The notes beneath the pieces are model-generated. The model had not been told where the DNA came from and searched no databases. It saw only the letters and a program-made list of their open reading frames with translations. From Nanobdellota archaeon (GTDB lineage Archaea > Nanobdellota > Nanobdellia > Pacearchaeales > GW2011-AR1), in contig JAHIWS010000019.1 in assembly GCA_018815925.1 (NCBI GenBank), positions 252 to 64,251 of the forward strand: a stretch of 64,000 bases of DNA. The letters are read 5' to 3'. Each line of letters begins with the position of its first letter. The stretch's first letter is position 1. Made by a program: the position numbers and the translations under genes. This document shows, one piece after another, positions 1 to 10,315 of this stretch.

Positions 1-1
1 A

Positions 2-187
2 AAATTAATTCATGGAAAAATAGGAAAGAACTCTCAAATTTTTAGATCAAAAAATAATAAAAAACAAATTATATTATACACATCTGTCGTAAAAGAAGAA
101 AAAGATAACCTATCAATAATAGAACAAATTGCAGAAAAATACAGTAGTTATAATATAAAACATGGATTATTAACAAAACAAAGCTAA
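2..187 (+). CDS. C-terminal end of an upstream gene entering from the window edge (product unknown)
   Basis: Frame open from nt 2 to TAA 185-187 (...ILYTSVVKEEKDNLSIIEQIAEKYSSYNIKHGLLTKQS*). No start codon inside the window, so it is absent from the ORF track. Confidence 0.3.
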   Translation, partial: KLIHGKIGKNSQIFRSKNNKKQIILYTSVVKEEKDNLSIIEQIAEKYSSYNIKHGLLTKQS

Positions 188-237
188 AAATAATTTCATA
201 TACTAATCTATAAAAACCACACATACTTATTTTTTAC

Positions 238-2697
238 ATGAAAACAAGTTTTATCCCTATAGATTATGATTATTTTGACTTCAATGGAAGAAACTATACT
301 AAAATAATTGGAAGAAATTCAGAAGGAAAAAGAGTTTGTATTATTGATTCTTGCCCTGTTTATTTATGGGCTATTCTAAAAAATAACCTTAGCCAAAAGG
401 AAATTGGGGATGTAATAAAAAAAATATCAAAAATTAAACTCAATATTAAAGGAAGGCAAACAAAAGTAGAAAAAGTTGAATTACACAATAAAAAATTCCT
501 TGAAAAACCAGTAAAAGCATTAAAAATATTTGCTACAAATTACAAAGATCTTCATGACATAGCAGATAAATTAGGAATAAAAGAAATAGAAAAAAGAAGA
601 GGTTATGATTTAGGGTTTATTACTCATTATATAATAGAGAAAAAAATAAACCCCTTACAAAAATATGAAATTGAGGGAGAAATGTTAAACAATTCTTCAG
701 AATTTGGAGGAGTTGATATGGGTCTTGATGTTGATCTCTGCATAAATCTAAAAAAAGCTAAACTCCTAGAAAACAAAAAAACCAAATTCTTTCCAAAAAT
801 TCTTGCATATGATATAGAAACAGATGATCTTAAAATAGGAAAAGGAGAAATTTTAATGGTTTCTCTGGTTTCTGAAAAATTCAAAAAAGTTATAACTTGG
901 AAAAAATCATATTCAAAACCTTCATATGTTGAATATGTAAAAGACGAAACAGAACTTATAGAAAAATTCATAGAATATGTAAAAAAAATATCTCCTGATT
1001 TTTTGGTAGGATATTTTTCAGATGGATTTGATTTACCATATCTAAAGGCAAGAGCAGAAAAACACAAAATAAAATTAAATCTTGGGTTAGATAATAGCCA
1101 ACCAAGATTTTCAAGAGGAATAAACCTAACAGGAAAAATAAAAGGAATTGTACATATAGATATTTTAAAATTTATAAAAACAGCTTACGCTCAATATATG
1201 AAATCAGAAACTCTTTCTTTAAATGAAGTAGCAAAAGAATTTTTAGGGGACACAAAAAAACCATTTAAAATTAAACATTCTTCAGAACTTGAAAAAAAAG
1301 ATTGGAATAATTACTATGAATATAATTTACATGATTCTGTCCTAACCTTAAACCTCTTCCAAAAATTCTGGCCAGATATTAAGGAATTTACAAAAATTGT
1401 AAAAGAACCTGTTTTTGATATTACAAGATACGGGCTTTCAAAAATAGTTGAATCTTATCTTTTACATAATTTAGAAAAATTTAATGAAATTCCAGAAAAA
1501 AGACCAACTTCTGAAGAACTTAGCCAGAGAAGGAGAGATGGACCAGTAGAAGGAGCTTTTGTTTTTGAACCAAAACCTGGATTATATGAAAATATTGCAA
1601 TGTTTGATTTTACCTCTATGCATACAAGTATAATAATTTCAATGAACATTTCAAAATCCACTTTATTAGAAAAACCAGAAAAAAATACAAATTCAATAGA
1701 AACAAAAAGAGGGAAATTTTATTTTACAAAAAAACCAGGATTTCTTCCTTCCTTATTAAAAGAGATTTTTGAACAAAGAAGAAAAGCCAAATCTGAATTT
1801 AAAAAAAACCCTAATCCAATAACTCAAGCAGGAAGTAATGCATTTAAAGTATTGTCAGCTTCTGTCCATGGATATATTGGATTTTTTGGAGCTCGTTATT
1901 ATTCTAAAGAAGCTTCTGCATCTATTTTAGCTTTTGTTAGAAAATTTAATAAAGATACTATAAAAAATATTGAAAAAAAAGGATATAAAGTGATTTATGG
2001 GGACACTGATTCTATTGCATTTTTAATAAATAAAAACAAAGAAATTGAAATAAAATCACTTCTTCAAGATCTCAATGATAAACTCCCGGGAATAATGGAA
2101 TTAGAACTTGAAGGTTTTTTCGAAAGAGGACTTTGGGTAACTACAAGAGCAGGAATTACAGGGGCAAAAAAGAAATATGCTCTCTTATCTAAAGATAAAA
2201 AAATTAAAATCAGAGGTTTTGAAACAGTCAGAAGAGATTGGTGCAATTTAGCAAGAAAATTACAGGATCAAATAATAAAACAGATTCTTATTGATGGAAA
2301 TGAAAAAAAGTCACTTGAATATTTAAAAGATATTGTAAAAAAAATAAAACAAAGAAAAATAAGAAAAGAAGAACTCATTATTAAAACCCAATTAAAAAAA
2401 CCTATTTCTGAATATAAAGCAACAACACCCCATGTAGTTGCCGCTAAAAAAATGCATGAAAAGAAAATACCTATTGGAACAGGAACTCTAATTAAATATT
2501 ATGTTGCAGAAGCTAACCAAAAAAAAGCTCTTGTAAGAGAAAGAGTAAAACTTCCAGATGAACCAGGAAAATATGATATTAAATATTATTTAGAAAGGCA
2601 GATTCTTCCAGCAGTTGAAAATATTTTTCAGGTCTTTAAGATAAATACAAAAGAAATCATTGAAGGAAAAAAACAAATGACTTTAGGAGATTTTTAA
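238..2697 (+). CDS. polB: Family B DNA polymerase (archaeal PolB)
   Basis: 819 aa. Exonuclease motifs AYDIETDD (Exo I), YFSDGFDLPYL (Exo II), YNLHDS (Exo III). Polymerase motifs DFTSMHTSII (A), KVLSASVHGY (B), YGDTDS (C), KKKYA. Confidence 0.95.
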   Translation: MKTSFIPIDYDYFDFNGRNYTKIIGRNSEGKRVCIIDSCPVYLWAILKNNLSQKEIGDVIKKISKIKLNIKGRQTKVEKVELHNKKFLEKPVKALKIFATNYKDLHDIADKLGIKEIEKRRGYDLGFITHYIIEKKINPLQKYEIEGEMLNNSSEFGGVDMGLDVDLCINLKKAKLLENKKTKFFPKILAYDIETDDLKIGKGEILMVSLVSEKFKKVITWKKSYSKPSYVEYVKDETELIEKFIEYVKKISPDFLVGYFSDGFDLPYLKARAEKHKIKLNLGLDNSQPRFSRGINLTGKIKGIVHIDILKFIKTAYAQYMKSETLSLNEVAKEFLGDTKKPFKIKHSSELEKKDWNNYYEYNLHDSVLTLNLFQKFWPDIKEFTKIVKEPVFDITRYGLSKIVESYLLHNLEKFNEIPEKRPTSEELSQRRRDGPVEGAFVFEPKPGLYENIAMFDFTSMHTSIIISMNISKSTLLEKPEKNTNSIETKRGKFYFTKKPGFLPSLLKEIFEQRRKAKSEFKKNPNPITQAGSNAFKVLSASVHGYIGFFGARYYSKEASASILAFVRKFNKDTIKNIEKKGYKVIYGDTDSIAFLINKNKEIEIKSLLQDLNDKLPGIMELELEGFFERGLWVTTRAGITGAKKKYALLSKDKKIKIRGFETVRRDWCNLARKLQDQIIKQILIDGNEKKSLEYLKDIVKKIKQRKIRKEELIIKTQLKKPISEYKATTPHVVAAKKMHEKKIPIGTGTLIKYYVAEANQKKALVRERVKLPDEPGKYDIKYYLERQILPAVENIFQVFKINTKEIIEGKKQMTLGDF

Positions 2698-3132
2698 TTA
2701 TTTTAATTCTAAACCACTATTTCTAAGCACTGTTCTTACAATATCTAAATCATCTGCTGAAGTTATATCAAAATAAGTAAACTCTACACCTAAGGAACTT
2801 ACACTATCAGAATCAAATTCTGGAGTACTTGATCTTGAATGTCCAGATGGTTCAATATAAGATTTAATCCTCAAATGAGCATTAATAGAAGGAATTGAGA
2901 ATAATGTTTCATTCTTACATATATCTCCCTCTTTTTTTTGCACTACTTTTCCTAAATTTGGAACAATCCCTTCAGGAATACTAATACAATTACTCGCTAC
3001 GGGATATTTACCAAAAAGCATATAATCACCCAAACCATTAATAATATTATTATAAGCTAGTAAAACATTCTTACCACTAGCCGTATTATTTTTCAAAATA
3101 TATTTTTCTCGCACAATTTTACTCAAATTCAT
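2698..3132 (-). CDS. hypothetical protein
   Basis: 144-aa ATG-initiated ORF convergent with polB; no motif recognised. Confidence 0.4.
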   Translation of the reverse strand: MNLSKIVREKYILKNNTASGKNVLLAYNNIINGLGDYMLFGKYPVASNCISIPEGIVPNLGKVVQKKEGDICKNETLFSIPSINAHLRIKSYIEPSGHSRSSTPEFDSDSVSSLGVEFTYFDITSADDLDIVRTVLRNSGLELK

Positions 3133-3387
3133 AAAAAAAATTACACTAATTAATAGATAAATATTATTATCCTAAAAACTATGGATTAGATAAATGACTT
3201 TAAAAAACCAAAAGCCCCTTAGCAAGATTTAGAGTAAATTTAAAAATATCTGTTCCAAAAAATATAAAACTTACAGTTGGAAAAAAACATATAAAACCCA
3301 ACATTAATAAATTACCAAATTTATGCCTCATTAGAAATCGAAGAATTAGTAATTTATAAAACTTTACCTAACAAAAATTATAAAAAA

Positions 3388-3604
3388 TCAAACATCCCCT
3401 AGTAATTCTAATGGTTCAAGCCCATCTTCACTAATAGCTCCTAATGGCTCAATAGAAGCAGAACCAACAATCAATTTGCATACTGGCTCAGAATTTCCCC
3501 ATGGAACAACATCAAAGTCAGGCCTAAATGCATATGATAAATCGTCAGTACTAATTCCACTACCATTAAAAATAATAGTCGGACTACTTGCTCCTATAAA
3601 CCAT
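3388..3604 (-). pseudogene. Small ORF whose ATG is one nucleotide out of frame (71 sense codons open without any ATG/GTG/TTG start)
   Basis: Minus strand: ATG(3604-3602) GTT TAT AGG AGC AAG TAG. The adjacent frame is open from 3603 to TGA 3390-3388 (WFIGASSPTIIFNGSGISTDDLSYAFRPDFDVVPWGNSEPVCKLIVGSASIEPLGAISEDGLEPLELLGDV*). A TATA-like TTTATAAATATA lies 20-30 nt upstream of the ATG. Confidence 0.35.
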
Positions 3605-3647
3605 CAAAATCTTAATACTTTATAAATATAACTCTACTTACTAATTC

Positions 3648-4703
3648 ATGCAAAGAAAAAACTTCCCCCTACTAAAACCACTTTTCCTAGAAAGAATGCA
3701 AAAACTATTATCAGAAAAATCTGATTTTCAATCCTATCTAGATATACTCAAAATTCCTCCTGTAAGGTCAATTCGTTGCAATACCCTAAAACTAACTCCA
3801 CAAGATCTCAAAACTAGACTTGAAAATAAAACATGGAAAATAAAACAACCATGGAAAAATCATCCTGAAATAATGGTTGTTGAAGGGAAAATTATTGATC
3901 AAAATCAAATTGATAAAGAAACTATTAATAGAAAAAGAAGGGATAATAAAAATGTGGTAATTGGGAATGTGGAAAATCTCCAACCAGGTGAACTTGGGAA
4001 AGCTCTTGAACATCTTTTAGGATATTATTATATTCAAGAATTAGCAAGTATGCTTCCGATAATTACATTAAATTCAGAATCAGGTGGATTTATTTTAGAC
4101 TTATGCTCTGCTCCAGGAAGCAAAACAACTCAAGCAGCTGCAGAAATAAAAAATACAAGAACAATAATTGCAAATGAAGTTTCATTAGGAAGAATAAAGA
4201 TTCTTGCTTCAAATCTAGAAAGATGTGGGGTAACAAACACAATAATAACAAAAAAAGAGGGAACAGCATTATGTAAAAGATTAAAAAAACAAAACTTTCA
4301 ATTTGATACAATTTTAGTGGATGCTCCTTGTTCAGGAGAAGGAACTTTAAGATCAAGTCCTAAAACATATTTAATGTGGAACATCAAAACAATAAAAAAT
4401 CTTCCTAAAATTCAAAAAAACCTTGTAACCTCTGCACTAGAAATTCTAAAACCAAACGGAACACTTATTTATTCGACCTGCACCCATGCTCCAGAAGAAA
4501 ATGAAGGAGTTATAAATGAAATCTTAAAAGAAAATAAAAATCTAAAATTAGAAAAAATTAAACTCCCCATAAAACCAAGACCAGGGATAACAAATTGGGA
4601 AGATAAAAAATATTCTAAAGAAATAACTAAATGTGCAAGAATTTATCCTCAAGATAATAACACCGAAGGATTTTTCATTGCTAAACTAAAAAAAACAAAA
4701 TGA
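3648..4703 (+). CDS. RNA cytosine-C5 methyltransferase, NOL1/NOP2/Sun family
   Basis: 351 aa. SAM-binding DLCSAPGSKT, catalytic DAPCSGEGT and YSTCT motifs. Confidence 0.85.
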   Translation: MQRKNFPLLKPLFLERMQKLLSEKSDFQSYLDILKIPPVRSIRCNTLKLTPQDLKTRLENKTWKIKQPWKNHPEIMVVEGKIIDQNQIDKETINRKRRDNKNVVIGNVENLQPGELGKALEHLLGYYYIQELASMLPIITLNSESGGFILDLCSAPGSKTTQAAAEIKNTRTIIANEVSLGRIKILASNLERCGVTNTIITKKEGTALCKRLKKQNFQFDTILVDAPCSGEGTLRSSPKTYLMWNIKTIKNLPKIQKNLVTSALEILKPNGTLIYSTCTHAPEENEGVINEILKENKNLKLEKIKLPIKPRPGITNWEDKKYSKEITKCARIYPQDNNTEGFFIAKLKKTK

Positions 4704-5008
4704 CAAAACTCTTATTTTTACCATACTGCTTAAAAAAAATCCAAATCCAAAAATTAAAAAAAATTGCCATAGAAAAAAATTATGAAGTTTATGTTGTTGG
4801 AGGAAGCTCAAGAGTAAAAAAAATACTACAACAATACAAAAATATTGAATATCTCGTAGGAATTGCATGTGAAGATGAAATTAAATTAGCACAAAATTAT
4901 ATTCAAAAATTAAAAAATAATGGAACAAAAACCAAAGCAATCTTACTCACTAATGATGGTTGCAAAGGAACTTGTGTAAACATTGAAAAAGTTATAGCTG
5001 AGTTATAA
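4700..5008 (+). CDS. DUF116-like Cys-containing protein (shortened)
   Basis: 102 aa. LLFLPYCL, VVGGSS, VGIACEDE and NDGCKGTCVNIEKV resemble the DUF116 pattern recalled from memory. ATGA overlap with the methyltransferase stop. Confidence 0.45.
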   Translation: MTKLLFLPYCLKKIQIQKLKKIAIEKNYEVYVVGGSSRVKKILQQYKNIEYLVGIACEDEIKLAQNYIQKLKNNGTKTKAILLTNDGCKGTCVNIEKVIAEL

Positions 5009-5009
5009 A

Positions 5010-5465
5010 ATGTCTATTAAAATCCTAAACAAATCTGAAAAACAAGAAATCCTAAACAAATTAAAAAATCAGTTTGGAATTACAGATATTCAGGGATTAC
5101 TAGTAAAATGCGGAGCAGAAAGAATCTTTCTTTTTCAAGGCTCTTTAAACCAAAAAGAAATTAAAAAACTTGAAAAAATAGTACCAATTGAAAGAGTGGG
5201 AATTTATTTTGCAAAAGAACAAAATAATCTAATTAGATTAAGTATTGATGGTATCCTCATCCTTAAAAACCAAATTAAAAAAAACATATTTGAATTAAAT
5301 CAAGAACAAATGAAAGAATGGATGTGTGGAAATGAACTAAATATAAATTCAGGTCTTAACGATTTTGTTATTATAAAATACAAAAATGATTTTCTAGGAA
5401 CAGGAAAAGCTTCTGAAAATAAAATAACCAATTTCATACCTAAAGCAAGAAGACTTAAAAAATAA
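5010..5465 (+). CDS. PUA-domain RNA-binding protein (NIP7-like)
   Basis: 151 aa. The C-terminal DFVIIKYKNDFLGTGKA...ITNFIPKARR resembles a PUA domain. Same operon as the Sun-family methyltransferase. Confidence 0.45.
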   Translation: MSIKILNKSEKQEILNKLKNQFGITDIQGLLVKCGAERIFLFQGSLNQKEIKKLEKIVPIERVGIYFAKEQNNLIRLSIDGILILKNQIKKNIFELNQEQMKEWMCGNELNINSGLNDFVIIKYKNDFLGTGKASENKITNFIPKARRLKK

Positions 5466-5482
5466 AAATCCTTTAAAAATAA

Positions 5483-5947
5483 ATGTTGAAAAAAATAAAG
5501 AGGTTTTTAGATAAAACAACTTCTCTAAACGGAAAAGCTTCAAATATCTTAACTAGGCTTATAAGATACAGTCTAACAGGGTTAAGTTCTGGAACAGTAG
5601 ATTTAACTTTATTAATAATTCTTGTAGAAATTTTTAAAGTATATTATTTAATAGCAGCAACAATTTCATTTATAGCAACACATTCAAGTGCATATTTTAT
5701 TAATAGAAAATGGGGTTTTAAGGATTCAAAATCTTCAACATCAACAGGATATTATTTTTTTATTACATTTGGTATAATAGGAATAATTTTAACACTTTAT
5801 TTATTAAAATTTGGTGTAGAAACTCTTAAAATAAACTATATTTTAGCCAGAATTATAGTGGGAATCACAGTAGGAATTTTTAATTTTTCAATGAATTTTT
5901 TTATAACATTTAGAATGAAAATTTTTAATCCTAAAAAAACTAAATAA
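5483..5947 (+). CDS. GtrA-family membrane protein
   Basis: 154 aa, four predicted TM helices. N-terminal RYSLTGLSSGTVDLTLLIILVE is typical of GtrA-like proteins. Confidence 0.65.
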   Translation: MLKKIKRFLDKTTSLNGKASNILTRLIRYSLTGLSSGTVDLTLLIILVEIFKVYYLIAATISFIATHSSAYFINRKWGFKDSKSSTSTGYYFFITFGIIGIILTLYLLKFGVETLKINYILARIIVGITVGIFNFSMNFFITFRMKIFNPKKTK

Positions 5948-6146
5948 ATTTTTTTTTCAACCCCTTAACATTAATATGCATCAAAGAAGAACCATTTTTT
6001 TTATAAAATAACTGATCTACCTCATTTCCCTTTCTAAAATCAAAATAATCACTCCAATCATAAGTACAAATAAAACCCTTAAGTAAAGTCTTTGCAATAA
6101 AAACAAATCCCCTTCCAGGACTATAATCACTATTACAATTTACCAT
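5940..6146 (-). CDS. hypothetical small protein
   Basis: 68-aa ATG ORF in the gap between two plus-strand genes; no motif. Confidence 0.25.
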   Translation of the reverse strand: MVNCNSDYSPGRGFVFIAKTLLKGFICTYDWSDYFDFRKGNEVDQLFYKKNGSSLMHINVKGLKKKFI

Positions 6147-6196
6147 AAAAACTAGTCATACAAAGCATATTTAAATGTTGTTATTTTAAATTTTTT

Positions 6197-7072
6197 ATGA
6201 ATACTAAAAAGATATTAGAAGCAGGCAAAATAGCAAAACAAGCTAAAGAATATGCTAAAAACCTCATAAAAAAAGACATGCTCTTACTTGAAATAGCAGA
6301 AAAAATAGAATCAAAAATAATAAAATTAGGAGGAAAACTCGCTTTTCCAGTTAATCTTTCTATAGATAACATAGCCGCACATTACACCCCTTCTTACAAT
6401 GACAAATTAAAAGCATACGGGCTATTAAAAGTAGATTTAGGAGTTCATATTGATGGCTTTATTGCTGACACAGCTTTTTCATTAGACCTTGAAAACTCTG
6501 AAGAAAATAAAAAACTCATAGAAGCCAGTAAAAAAGCACTTGAAGTAGCTCAAAAAACAATAAAAAAAGAAATTAAAGTAAATGAAATAGGAAGAATAAT
6601 AGAAAAAACAATTGAATCTCAAGGATTTTCACCTATAATTAATCTTTCAGGTCATGAAATGAAAAAATACGAACTTCACGCAGGATTAACAATTCCAAAT
6701 ATAGATAATAAAAAAAGAATTCCCTTACTTACAGGACTCTATGCAGTAGAACCTTTTGCAAGTACAGGAAACGGAAAAATCCATGATGGAAAACCTTCTG
6801 GCATTTATATGTTACAATTACAAAACCAACCAAGAAGCCCTATTGCAAGAGAGATTTTACAATACATAATTGAAGAGTATCAAACACTTCCATTTTGTTC
6901 TAGGTGGCTAATTAAAAAATTTAACACCAAAGCTCTTTTTGCATTAAGAGAACTAGAAAATAATGGTAACTTACATCACTTTCCTCAATTAGTTGAAAAA
7001 GAAAACAGTAAAGTCAGCCAAGCAGAAAACACAATTCTTGTAGAAGATAAAACAACAGTTACAACAGAGTAA
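6197..7072 (+). CDS. map: Methionine aminopeptidase, type 2 (archaeal)
   Basis: 291 aa. AAHYTP, metal-ligand context VDLGVHIDGFIADTA, SGHEM, C-terminal QAENTILV. Confidence 0.9.
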   Translation: MNTKKILEAGKIAKQAKEYAKNLIKKDMLLLEIAEKIESKIIKLGGKLAFPVNLSIDNIAAHYTPSYNDKLKAYGLLKVDLGVHIDGFIADTAFSLDLENSEENKKLIEASKKALEVAQKTIKKEIKVNEIGRIIEKTIESQGFSPIINLSGHEMKKYELHAGLTIPNIDNKKRIPLLTGLYAVEPFASTGNGKIHDGKPSGIYMLQLQNQPRSPIAREILQYIIEEYQTLPFCSRWLIKKFNTKALFALRELENNGNLHHFPQLVEKENSKVSQAENTILVEDKTTVTTE

Positions 7073-7091
7073 TTAATATTTAGAACTATAT

Positions 7092-7259
7092 TCAACTCTT
7101 TTTACCCAACCCTATACCTGTACCATATTCTTTCTCTAACTCTCGCCTCACAAAAAGATAACTAAAAGTATGACTATCTTCTTGACAAGAACCTTTTTCT
7201 AAATTAACTTTTAACCTTACAAATCTTCCTTCATTATCAATAACATTAGTAAACTTCAT
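7092..7259 (-). CDS. hypothetical small protein (55 aa, below ORF-track cutoff)
   Basis: ATG 7259 to TGA 7092-7094: MKFTNVIDNEGRFVRLKVNLEKGSCQEDSHTFSYLFVRRELEKEYGTGIGLGKKS. Fills an otherwise empty 200-bp gap. Confidence 0.25.
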   Translation of the reverse strand: MKFTNVIDNEGRFVRLKVNLEKGSCQEDSHTFSYLFVRRELEKEYGTGIGLGKKS

Positions 7260-7279
7260 AAAACCTCATCAACAAAATC

Positions 7280-7594
7280 TTATTTAAATCTTTCTTTTAT
7301 TAAGGTTTTATGAGGAAGAATTTCATACATAGGCCATATTGGGAAAAAACCAACTTCTTCAAATTTCTTAGGTCTATAGATTTCTTTTAAAATTTTTTTC
7401 TTTTGCAAATCACCAAGGACCTTGCTTGTTAAATTTAAAATATCTTTTTCAGATTTTTGATAAGATTTATCATCTAGATTATCCCTAAAAGGTAAAGGCC
7501 ATAAAATTCTAAATGCAGTAAAAAAAGATCTCTTTCCTATATTTTTGTCACAATATTTATAAATTTCTCTCTTAAAAACATCTTCAACACACAT
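7280..7594 (-). CDS. hypothetical protein downstream of cdc48
   Basis: The track ORF starts at a TTG (7669) overlapping cdc48. The first ATG (7594, MCVEDVFKREIYKY...) avoids the overlap. No motif. Confidence 0.4.
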   Translation of the reverse strand: MCVEDVFKREIYKYCDKNIGKRSFFTAFRILWPLPFRDNLDDKSYQKSEKDILNLTSKVLGDLQKKKILKEIYRPKKFEEVGFFPIWPMYEILPHKTLIKERFK

Positions 7595-7646
7595 AAACCC
7601 AAAAAAATTTATGATTTTATAAAAATTATTGTGGTAAAAAATAAAC

Positions 7647-9962
7647 TCAACCCAAATAACTATTTCCAAGAGGAACAGATGCTTTTGCAGATTTTAAAAA
7701 TGATTCTTCAACCTTTTTATAAACATCAAGTGTTTGCTTACTTACACTTGGTTTAATCTTTTTCAAAGCTTCTTCAAAATGTCTTTTAGTGACTAATTTA
7801 CATTCTTTATTTTCCCTCAAGGCCAACATTGCTGCCTCCCTAACTAAAGACCCAAGATCAGCACCAGTATAGCCCATTGTTTTTTTAGCTAAATCTACTA
7901 AAAATCTAATTTTATCTTTATCACCCAATAATTTCTTTTCATTTCCCAAGGGAGTCCTCCTTGTATGAATATTCAGAATCATTTCTCTTCCTTTTTCTTC
8001 AGGAGCTCCAACAAGCAAAATTTTATCAAATCGTCCAGGCCTTAATAAACCAGCATCTAACATATCTGGACGATTTGTGGCCCCAATAACTAAAACATCA
8101 TTTATTTCCTCAAGACCATCCATTTCTGCAAGCATTTGATTAAGAACTCTTTCAGTAACCTTTGTTCCTACCTCTGCCCCTCTTTTACCTGCTAAAGAAT
8201 CAATCTCATCAAAAAAAACTATGCAAGGAGCAACTTGTCTAGCTCTTTCAAAAATCTTTCTCATTCCTTTTTCAGATTCTCCAACCCATTTACTTAAAAG
8301 TTCAGGACCTTTAATGTGAATAAAATTAGCCTCTGATTCTTTTGCTACTGCTTTAGCCAAAAGAGTTTTCCCTGTTCCAGGAGGACCATAAAGTAAAATG
8401 CCTCTTTGAGGCCTAACCCCCATTCTCTCAAAACTCTCAGGATATTTTAAAGGCCATTCCACAGCTTCTATTAATTCTCGTTTAATTATATCAAGGCCTC
8501 CAACTTCTTTCCACCCAACACTAGGTGTTTCAACTAAAACTTCCCTCATAGCACTAGGCCTAACTACCTTTAAAGCATCTATAAAATCTTTTTGTCTAAC
8601 AATTAATTTTTCTAAAATTTCTGGAGAAATTTGTTCTTCCCTATCTAAATTCATTTGAGGTAATAATTTTCTTAAAACATTCATAGCAGATTCTTTAGCT
8701 AAAGCCTCTAAATCAGCTCCAACAAAACCATGAGTTAAAGAAGCAATATCATCAAGCTTAACATCTTTAGTTAAAGGCATCCCCCTAGTATGAATTCCCA
8801 AAATTGTCCTTCTTCCTTTTTTATCAGGAACTCCCACTTCAATTTCCCTATCAAATCTTCCAGGCCTTCTTAAAGCAGGATCAATTGCATTAACCCTATT
8901 TGTAGCTCCAATAACAATAACTTTACCTCTAGATTTAAGACCATCCATCATAGTTAAAATTTGACTCACAACTCTTCTTTCAACTTCTCCCTGAACATCT
9001 TCTCTTTTAGGTGCTACTGCATCTAATTCATCAATAAAAATAATAGCAGGAGCTGTTTTTGAAGCTTCCTCAAACATATCTCTAATTTTTTTTTCTGATT
9101 CACCATAAAATTTACTCATAACTTCAGGACCATTTAAAAGAATAAAATTGGCCTCTGATTCATTTGCTACTGCTTTAGCCAAAAGAGTCTTCCCTGTTCC
9201 AGGAGGACCGTGAAGTAAAACCCCTTTAGGAGGTTCAATTCCAAGTTTATCAAAAATCTCAGGATGCTTCAAAGGAATTTCAACCATCTCTCTTATTTTT
9301 TTAATCTCATCACTTAAACCACCAATATCTTCATAAGTTATTTCAGGAATTTTTTCATCAGTTATTTCAACTGCCTTTGGATTTAAACTAACTTCTGTAT
9401 TTTCAGTAATTATTACTGGTGTACCAGGTGTTACACTAACCACCATAAATTTAAGTTGAGAAACACCTCCACCTAATTGACCAAACATATTACTAAAAGG
9501 ACTATCTCCAAAATCTTCTCCAAAAAACTCTGATAATAAATCATGTCTTCTTTGAACACCACCTAAAACAACAATATCTCCTTTTACAAGTGTCCTTCCT
9601 AAAAGTCCTCTTCTGAGACTCTCAGGATCTCCTTGAACCATAATTCCTTTTTGAGCAGGAGCAATCATTATTTTTTTTGCTTCTTTAACATCTATTTTAG
9701 AAACAACAACAACATCTCCAATACCTGTTCTTGCATTTCTTCTCAAGATACCATCAATTCTAATTATCCCCTCTCCAACATCTGCAGGATATGCTCTATC
9801 AGCAATTGCAACTGTCTCTCTATTTCCTTTAATAAGAATAATATCTCCCTTTCTAATTTCTAATTTCCTCATAATTTCAGAATCTACCCTAGCAATTCCT
9901 TTATATGCATCATCTTGCATTGATTCAACAACCTTTAACTTAATACTTTTTTTATCTGTCAT
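7647..9962 (-). CDS. cdc48: AAA+ ATPase Cdc48/VCP
   Basis: 771 aa. N-domain plus two AAA modules, each with Walker A GPPGTGKT and Walker B ([16 protein letters not shown]). Confidence 0.95.
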   Translation of the reverse strand: MTDKKSIKLKVVESMQDDAYKGIARVDSEIMRKLEIRKGDIILIKGNRETVAIADRAYPADVGEGIIRIDGILRRNARTGIGDVVVVSKIDVKEAKKIMIAPAQKGIMVQGDPESLRRGLLGRTLVKGDIVVLGGVQRRHDLLSEFFGEDFGDSPFSNMFGQLGGGVSQLKFMVVSVTPGTPVIITENTEVSLNPKAVEITDEKIPEITYEDIGGLSDEIKKIREMVEIPLKHPEIFDKLGIEPPKGVLLHGPPGTGKTLLAKAVANESEANFILLNGPEVMSKFYGESEKKIRDMFEEASKTAPAIIFIDELDAVAPKREDVQGEVERRVVSQILTMMDGLKSRGKVIVIGATNRVNAIDPALRRPGRFDREIEVGVPDKKGRRTILGIHTRGMPLTKDVKLDDIASLTHGFVGADLEALAKESAMNVLRKLLPQMNLDREEQISPEILEKLIVRQKDFIDALKVVRPSAMREVLVETPSVGWKEVGGLDIIKRELIEAVEWPLKYPESFERMGVRPQRGILLYGPPGTGKTLLAKAVAKESEANFIHIKGPELLSKWVGESEKGMRKIFERARQVAPCIVFFDEIDSLAGKRGAEVGTKVTERVLNQMLAEMDGLEEINDVLVIGATNRPDMLDAGLLRPGRFDKILLVGAPEEKGREMILNIHTRRTPLGNEKKLLGDKDKIRFLVDLAKKTMGYTGADLGSLVREAAMLALRENKECKLVTKRHFEEALKKIKPSVSKQTLDVYKKVEESFLKSAKASVPLGNSYLG

Positions 9963-10315
9963 TTTCCATTCTCCAAAATTTCATTAAAGCATAAACTGAC
10001 TCTTCCTGCTTCTTCAAAACATAATTTAACCATGTCATTCACCATTTTCTCTTGTTCTTGCATAAAATTTACTATCTCTCTTGGAATTGAAACAGCGTAA
10101 CTATTTCCTACCAACCTCATCTTAACTCTAAATTCTCTATTCTTTAGATTAATAAACCTATTGTATTCTTGTTCATCAACAGGATGTAAAACTTTTGAAG
10201 AACATTTAGGACAAACAACTGCTCTTAAAATAAAACCATTTTTAGAAATATTTACCTTTTGCATCTCTTTTTTACATTTCTTACATAAAATAGGATTATC
10301 AAGTATATCTACCAT
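9959..10315 (-). CDS. Zn-ribbon + AbrB/SpoVT-like DNA-binding protein
   Basis: 118 aa. CKKCKK...CPKCSS zinc ribbon followed by [17 protein letters not shown] (AbrB-type looped-hinge helix). Stop overlaps the cdc48 start as ATGA. Confidence 0.55.
   Translation of the reverse strand: MVDILDNPILCKKCKKEMQKVNISKNGFILRAVVCPKCSSKVLHPVDEQEYNRFINLKNREFRVKMRLVGNSYAVSIPREIVNFMQEQEKMVNDMVKLCFEEAGRVSLCFNEILENGK

Noticed and set aside
1-237. Replication origin next to polB.
   Set aside because: There is no cdc6/orc1 gene, and no ORB-like inverted repeats or AT-rich unwinding element distinguishable from the uniformly AT-rich background.
627-1067. Long antisense ORFs listed in the track inside confirmed genes, for example 627-1067, 4090-4356, 16228-16929, 30216-30524, 33475-34008, 34729-35070, 39313-40038, 50912-51268, 60349-60734.
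   Set aside because: All lie opposite well-supported genes. They are Phe/Leu/Ser/Ile-rich mirror images of Lys/Glu/Asn-rich coding strands and have no motifs. Several start at TTG or GTG. They are treated as shadow ORFs.
7647-7669. 23-nt overlap between the cdc48 3' end and the downstream ORF (track start 7669).
   Set aside because: The track start is a TTG. The first ATG (7594) removes the overlap, so no unusual overlapping-gene arrangement is claimed.
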